Positions 15,383-20,000 of a DNA stretch of 20,000 nucleotides are shown here, one piece after another; within the stretch, counting starts at the first letter, position 1; the number at the start of each line of letters is the position of its first letter. Under the pieces are notes generated by a model that saw nothing but the letters and a program-made list of their open reading frames with translations, was not told the DNA's origin and ran no database searches. The stretch lies in the IMG/VR virus record IMGVR_UViG_3300010354_000066, positions 54,749 through 74,748 of that record; one strand, written 5' to 3'. The DNA is from an uncultured virus (IMG/VR IMGVR_UViG_3300010354_000066) (lineage: Duplodnaviria; Heunggongvirae; Uroviricota; Caudoviricetes). Made by a program: the position numbers and the translations under genes.

Positions 15383-16018
15383 ATGACTTGTTTAAATCCA
15401 GCTCAATCCATAACCAAGTTAACATTGGCTATGAATACTAAGCAAAAGTTTGCGTACATTAATGTACCCAAATCTTCAATCATAGCGCTATCTAAAAACG
15501 CAGACAATTCTTTTCCTAGTCATTTTGCCAAAAGTGTTGTAGCTTCTCTGAAAAACTCAGAGCAGAATGTTATGAAAGCAATTTCTCATACTTTAGTTCC
15601 AGAAATAGAAGACGGCAAACACTATAAAATAGGTCTACACAAAAACGCAGAGTATTATTATTCTAATATATTTGAATATTATTACATGAATAATAAAGAC
15701 ATTTATACAAGTACTGTAAACTATTTCGTAAAAAATACTCCAAGTGTTATTATTAGTTTTCATGATAAAAAGCTAATCCAAAAACACTTTGGATCTAGCA
15801 TTCACGTCATCAACGTTGCCTACACAAATTATTACGAAAAGTTAGACAACATCTATGCACAGCTGTCGGAGTTTGAAGGCGGAGCGGATTACTGCTTGAT
15901 GGATTGTGGAGTTCTTGGTTTAGCCTTAATGTCAAAGGTTTGGGAAAATCTAAATATGTCAATTATAGATCTTGGCAAAACTTTGTCTCTTAGCAAGACT
16001 ACATATAATCCAGCATGA
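15383..16018 (+). CDS. GT-D fold (DUF1792-like) glycosyltransferase-related protein, divergent
   Basis: C-terminal DYCLMDCGVLGLALMSKVW...IIDLGKTL resembles the GT-D LxxxG...IDxG end. GAAAGG RBS at 15371-15376; adjacent to a GT2. Confidence 0.5.
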   Translation: MTCLNPAQSITKLTLAMNTKQKFAYINVPKSSIIALSKNADNSFPSHFAKSVVASLKNSEQNVMKAISHTLVPEIEDGKHYKIGLHKNAEYYYSNIFEYYYMNNKDIYTSTVNYFVKNTPSVIISFHDKKLIQKHFGSSIHVINVAYTNYYEKLDNIYAQLSEFEGGADYCLMDCGVLGLALMSKVWENLNMSIIDLGKTLSLSKTTYNPA

Positions 16019-16019
16019 T

Positions 16020-16679
16020 ATGTCATCAAGTAATAAAAAGTTTGAAGAAGATGATATAGAATTTCTTATTGATTTATTAATGGACACCAACATGTCCATT
16101 GCAGACATCGCTAAAGAAATTGACGTCAATGTTTCTGACGTTAATAAAAAAATAAATCAACTTGGATTAAATTGGTTAAAAAACTCTAGAAGAAAGATGT
16201 CTAGAGGACAAACAGCTCTAACCTCTATTATGAAAAAACTTCTTCCTGGAGAAGAAATTGTTAATGAATATCATATAGGTGATAGGTTAAAGTTTGATGT
16301 TTATTGCCCTACTTATAAGATTGCAGCTGAGTATCACGGAAGACAGCACTTTTACTACACTAGTAGATTTTTTGAATCTAAGTATGAGTTTTTAGAAGCT
16401 CAAAAAAGAGATGCTAAAAAAGTCCAATACTGCAAAGATAATGGCATTGCATTAGTCGTTTTTCGCTACAACGACTCTCTAACAGAAGACAGTGTTTATG
16501 ATAGAATATTGGAAGCAATTAGGGACAGCGAACACATTGCAAAAGATGTCTCATTCAAAAAGTCAATCAAACAAAATCCATTTTATTTAGAAGCAAAAAA
16601 AAGAAACTCTGAATACAAAAAAAATCTATATCAAAAAATTAAGGAAAAAAAACTAAATGATAAAAGAAGATCTCCATGA
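16020..16679 (+). CDS. HTH plus PD-(D/E)xK (DUF559/Vsr-like) endonuclease-domain protein
   Basis: SIADIAKEIDVNVSDVNKKINQLGL helix-turn-helix, then SRGQ, FDVY, AEYHGRQHF and RDAKK..YC..NGI.L. ATG 16020 preferred over TTG 15972. Confidence 0.8.
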   Translation: MSSSNKKFEEDDIEFLIDLLMDTNMSIADIAKEIDVNVSDVNKKINQLGLNWLKNSRRKMSRGQTALTSIMKKLLPGEEIVNEYHIGDRLKFDVYCPTYKIAAEYHGRQHFYYTSRFFESKYEFLEAQKRDAKKVQYCKDNGIALVVFRYNDSLTEDSVYDRILEAIRDSEHIAKDVSFKKSIKQNPFYLEAKKRNSEYKKNLYQKIKEKKLNDKRRSP

Positions 16680-18117
16680 AATGGAAGATAGCCCTTTAGA
16701 GTATCAGGTGTTCTCCCTATGCTTTAAAGAAAAAGGGGCAATTAACTATTTCAGCGAAAATCTATCAACAGATATTGTTGGAACAATTCATGGTGATAAA
16801 GGTGTTAATGAGTTTTATGAAGCTTTATTAGCTTTTCATAAAGCCACAAATCTGGATTATGTAGACTCAATAGCGTTTAAATCTTGGCTAGAGTCAGAAA
16901 CAGATATTCATGAGGCGTTGGGTGGTAGTCCCCGTGTAACGATAATGCTTCAATACATTCAGGATTTAGAGACTAGCGATAAAGAATCGTTAGTTGAATT
17001 ATTGAAGTATAAGGCTAATAAAAGAAAGCAGATTAATTATCTGCAGGAGCTTCAAATCCTGCTTAGTAAAAAGGGTTTAAAGACTCAGGAAGATATTTCT
17101 AGAATTGGCGAAATAACTTCAGAAATAAAAGAGCTAGAAAATCTTATTAAATATAATCCATTTGATAAGTTAACAACTGCTAGCGATATTTTGGGTAGAG
17201 CAGATAAGCTTCTAGATATACCCAGTTTTGTTCCAACTCAATTTAAATCCTTAAATAGAGCAATGGGATACACTGATGATGGTGGCTTCTTTAAGGGTGC
17301 AGTTCATGCAATAATTGCTCCCTCTGGCAAGGGTAAAAGTACATTTGCTAAATGCCTAGCAAATAATTGGCTAGATAATGGCTATAGAGTTCTATATGTT
17401 AATTTTGAGGAAGCAATAGGCCATTGGGAGAGAATCCTAATGACTCAGATAATTGGAAAGAATGTTTATTCTGAATCAGATAAGTGGTCAGAGCCAGAGA
17501 AGCAATCTTATTTGCAGACTTTTAAAAAGAAGCTTGAGCAGTGGGGGGACAGATTGATGGTTCGCCATGATCCGGATACTCCATACTTTGAAGATCTAGA
17601 GTTTTGGTTGAGAGATCTAATCGGACACGCAGATAAAATACCCGATGTAGTAATAATAGATACTATACAGTCAATGTTTACCAGAGGAAATGGCAAGGGT
17701 AAGCCTAGATGGGGCGAGTTTGAAGAAATGATGGTTAGATTAGAAAAACTAGCCAGAGATATGGATTGCGTATTGATTATTACAGCTCAAGAAAACGCTA
17801 ATAGAATGAAAGAAAAAAGAGAAGTTGTACAACAGTCAGATACTGGTGGGTCTTTGGCTATTCAACAAAAGTGTGCTGTAACAATATTTATTACAGAAAA
17901 AAGACTCATATCAGAAGATGAGACAGAGGATGAGCACGTAATGCAACTGCAAATTCCTAAGAATAGAATAACAGGATCTGCTTTTATGTATGATCCGCCG
18001 CTAGTTAGATATAACGACGAAAAAAAGATTTATGAAGAATATGAACATGTTACTGCTAGTTCTTATTCTAGAGAAACAGATCTTCAGAGTCTTTTAAATG
18101 GAGAAGGATTTGATTAA
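16657..18117 (+). CDS. dnaB: Replicative SF4 helicase, DnaB-like
   Basis: Walker A APSGKGKST, YVNFEE, Walker B VVIIDTIQ, ITAQ and IPKNR arginine finger. Confidence 0.88.
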   Translation: MIKEDLHEMEDSPLEYQVFSLCFKEKGAINYFSENLSTDIVGTIHGDKGVNEFYEALLAFHKATNLDYVDSIAFKSWLESETDIHEALGGSPRVTIMLQYIQDLETSDKESLVELLKYKANKRKQINYLQELQILLSKKGLKTQEDISRIGEITSEIKELENLIKYNPFDKLTTASDILGRADKLLDIPSFVPTQFKSLNRAMGYTDDGGFFKGAVHAIIAPSGKGKSTFAKCLANNWLDNGYRVLYVNFEEAIGHWERILMTQIIGKNVYSESDKWSEPEKQSYLQTFKKKLEQWGDRLMVRHDPDTPYFEDLEFWLRDLIGHADKIPDVVIIDTIQSMFTRGNGKGKPRWGEFEEMMVRLEKLARDMDCVLIITAQENANRMKEKREVVQQSDTGGSLAIQQKCAVTIFITEKRLISEDETEDEHVMQLQIPKNRITGSAFMYDPPLVRYNDEKKIYEEYEHVTASSYSRETDLQSLLNGEGFD

Positions 18118-18896
18118 TGCTAACACTAACATCTGAAGCAATAAAAGATTTTCAATTATGCGAAAGATTATATGACTATAGATATCTGGAAAAAAAACCA
18201 GAAACAATCTACTCTAGAGATTTATATACGCAAAAATTTGAAAACAGTATAAAAAATATAATACATTTTTTTTGGTTTAAAAAGCAGGGTGGAATAACTC
18301 CATCATACTCGTCTTTACTTAATCGTTGGGAAAAAATTTGGTTTCCTAAAGATACTAGTCACTACGACATAATTACTGAACAGCACGAGAGTGCATATGG
18401 TAATGTTTCAAGCTTGACTACTCAAGCAGCTGGAATCCTATTACGCTTTCATGAGCTATATAGTGAGATGGACATAATCCCAATGTCTATATCTGAAGAT
18501 TTTATTATAAATTTAAATCCAAAAATAAGAGTAGAAGACAAGATAGATATTGTTTATAGAAAAAATAATAAGAATTATGTTATAAAATTCATATTTAACT
18601 ATAAAAATAATCAAAGATATTTATATCAGGTAGATTTCTCTGTAATGTATTTATTGTTCAAAAATCATTATGGTGAAAGAATATCTGAAACAGAATTTGG
18701 TTACATAGATTTATTATCTAACAATCTTTCTTTTAACGAATACAAAATTACGCAAGAAGATGTAGATTCAATAGAATACTGGTGTGATACAATATATTCA
18801 AAAGAAATCTTTGTTCCTAGAAGAGGTTTAACCTCTTACTGCAAAAAGTGTCCCTTTGATACACCTTGTTCTAAATGGAGTGGTTGGAATGGCTAA
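18117..18896 (+). CDS. Cas4/AddB-like PD-(D/E)xK family Fe-S protein with degenerate active site
   Basis: N-terminal S..IKDFQLCERLY and C-terminal CKKCPFDTPC give the four-Cys staple. KIDIV motif II is present; the DxK motif is absent. Confidence 0.72.
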   Translation: MLTLTSEAIKDFQLCERLYDYRYLEKKPETIYSRDLYTQKFENSIKNIIHFFWFKKQGGITPSYSSLLNRWEKIWFPKDTSHYDIITEQHESAYGNVSSLTTQAAGILLRFHELYSEMDIIPMSISEDFIINLNPKIRVEDKIDIVYRKNNKNYVIKFIFNYKNNQRYLYQVDFSVMYLLFKNHYGERISETEFGYIDLLSNNLSFNEYKITQEDVDSIEYWCDTIYSKEIFVPRRGLTSYCKKCPFDTPCSKWSGWNG

Positions 18897-19560
18897 AAAT
18901 ATATTAGACGAAATTTTAAAGACAGACATTAGCGATGTTTTTACTAGTGAAAATGAAGTTCTAAAAGATCTATTAGAAGAAATAGATTTAATTCAGGACG
19001 ATAGCATAGCTTCTTTTGTAAGATCTGTGCTATTAAAAGCTGAATCTTTTTGGATGATTCCGTCTAGTTTTTCTGGCAAATATCATCCATCAGATGAACA
19101 TGGCCCTGGCGGCAATGTTATTCACACTAAGAGAGTTGTTAGAATAGCTAGAATAATGGCAGACTCATACTCTCTAAGCCAAGATGAGATAGATATGCTG
19201 ACCGCTGCATGTATTCTGCATGATATCACAAAAGGAACTCCAACCGCAGATGGCGAAAGCTTTGTATACGATCCCATGCATCCATATACAGTTGGAAAAT
19301 TTGTATCTAAATGTCAATCAATAGATAAAGAATATGGAAACGACGCTCAATCAACAAGTCTATTTATATCTGAAGAAGCAATTCAAACAATACTTAGATT
19401 GGTGAGATGTCACCTTGGTCCATGGTCACCCGTTCCAGAAACATATCCAATAACATATATGGACTATATTGTTCATTTGGCTGATAACATAGCAAGCAAA
19501 ATACATACGGTAATAGAGGATAGTGAATTAATTAATGAAAAGTGGAGAAAGAATTCTTGA
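18889..19560 (+). CDS. HD-domain phosphohydrolase (YhaM-like phage family)
   Basis: SGKYHP, GG.VIHT, ILHDITK, CHLGPW and VHLAD. ATG 18889 preferred over TTG 18856. Confidence 0.85.
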   Translation: MAKNILDEILKTDISDVFTSENEVLKDLLEEIDLIQDDSIASFVRSVLLKAESFWMIPSSFSGKYHPSDEHGPGGNVIHTKRVVRIARIMADSYSLSQDEIDMLTAACILHDITKGTPTADGESFVYDPMHPYTVGKFVSKCQSIDKEYGNDAQSTSLFISEEAIQTILRLVRCHLGPWSPVPETYPITYMDYIVHLADNIASKIHTVIEDSELINEKWRKNS

Positions 19561-19723
19561 GAAAGAAGATAGAATAAACAATAGAATATTTATTCTATCT
19601 AACATAGAACACATGATTAAAGAATCTGTGTACTATAGAACTTATTCACAGGAAATACAGGACTGTAACAAAATAGCTTCGGTTGTTTTATCTGATTCAG
19701 AAATGAAGGCAAAGCTTATATGA
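19535..19723 (+). CDS. Hypothetical protein (about 62 aa)
   Basis: Fills the gap; ATGA overlap with the next gene. Confidence 0.55.
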   Translation: MKSGERILEKEDRINNRIFILSNIEHMIKESVYYRTYSQEIQDCNKIASVVLSDSEMKAKLI

Positions 19724-20000
19724 GAATTCCGAATGACGATAGTAAGTTTCTGTCTTCATGGAAGTATGTAGAAGTAGCAAAGTATGTACCTAAAATAGAT
19801 AGAGTAATACGTATTAAAGACGGGGAAAATCCAGTAATATTAGATATTTCTAATGTAGAAAATTTTCGCAAAGAAAATAACAACGAAGGTTTATATACAT
19901 CTGTTTGGCACTACAATAGTCAAGACATATCTTCCGCTACTCGTTTATCATCTTTGTATTTCGATATAGACAGTTCTTCTTTCGAAGAAGCACATCAGGA
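19720..20000 (+). CDS. Archaeo-eukaryotic primase / primase-polymerase, N-terminal part (runs off the window)
   Basis: Not in the ORF track. Reads MRIPNDDSKF...GLYTSVWHY...SLYFDIDSS, containing AEP motif I (hhhDhD), downstream of the helicase. Confidence 0.72.
   Translation, partial: MRIPNDDSKFLSSWKYVEVAKYVPKIDRVIRIKDGENPVILDISNVENFRKENNNEGLYTSVWHYNSQDISSATRLSSLYFDIDSSSFEEAHQ

Noticed and set aside
152..17696. All minus-strand ORFs in the track and + strand ORF alternatives nested in genes
   Set aside because: They are short, lie antisense to well-supported genes and show no recognisable motifs or RBS.
8060..18117. Inteins or introns in RNR, ThyX or helicase
   Set aside because: Protein lengths are ordinary, motifs are contiguous and no splice-junction or LAGLIDADG signatures are visible.
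18117..19560. CRISPR-Cas locus (Cas4 plus Cas3-like HD)
   Set aside because: No repeat-spacer array, cas1/cas2 or effector genes; both families are common in phage replication modules.
18889..19560. DatZ / 2-aminoadenine (Z-genome) system
   Set aside because: No purZ or mazZ in the window, and the SGKYHP...HT...HD pattern fits the YhaM-like HD group better.
1..20000. Stop-codon reassignment
   Set aside because: Recognisable proteins are full length in the standard code, and TAA, TAG and TGA all end genes at tight junctions.

Overview
AT-rich, densely packed segment of a tailed dsDNA phage genome. All credible genes are on the + strand, use the standard code and often overlap at stop/start. 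An actinobacterial host is inferred from an r1t-type holin, an MSMEG_6728-family protein and GAAAGG-type RBSs. Positions 1-7215 form a late module: four mutually related, probably virion proteins, a repeat-containing gene split by a -1 frameshift (6126-6751), a membrane protein and a holin. A structured intergenic region with promoter and terminator elements follows (7216-7359). Positions 7360-16018 encode nucleotide metabolism and modification functions: class II ribonucleotide reductase, a variant ThyX, dCMP deaminase, SNase-like nuclease, pyrimidine-dimer-glycosylase-like protein, an NDT/MilB-like N-glycosidase, two GT2 glycosyltransferases and a GT-D-like protein. Positions 16020-20000 form a replication module: HTH-nuclease, DnaB-like helicase, an apparently inactive Cas4/AddB-like Fe-S protein, an HD hydrolase and the start of an AEP primase-polymerase. 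All functional calls come from motifs recognised by eye; no searches were run.
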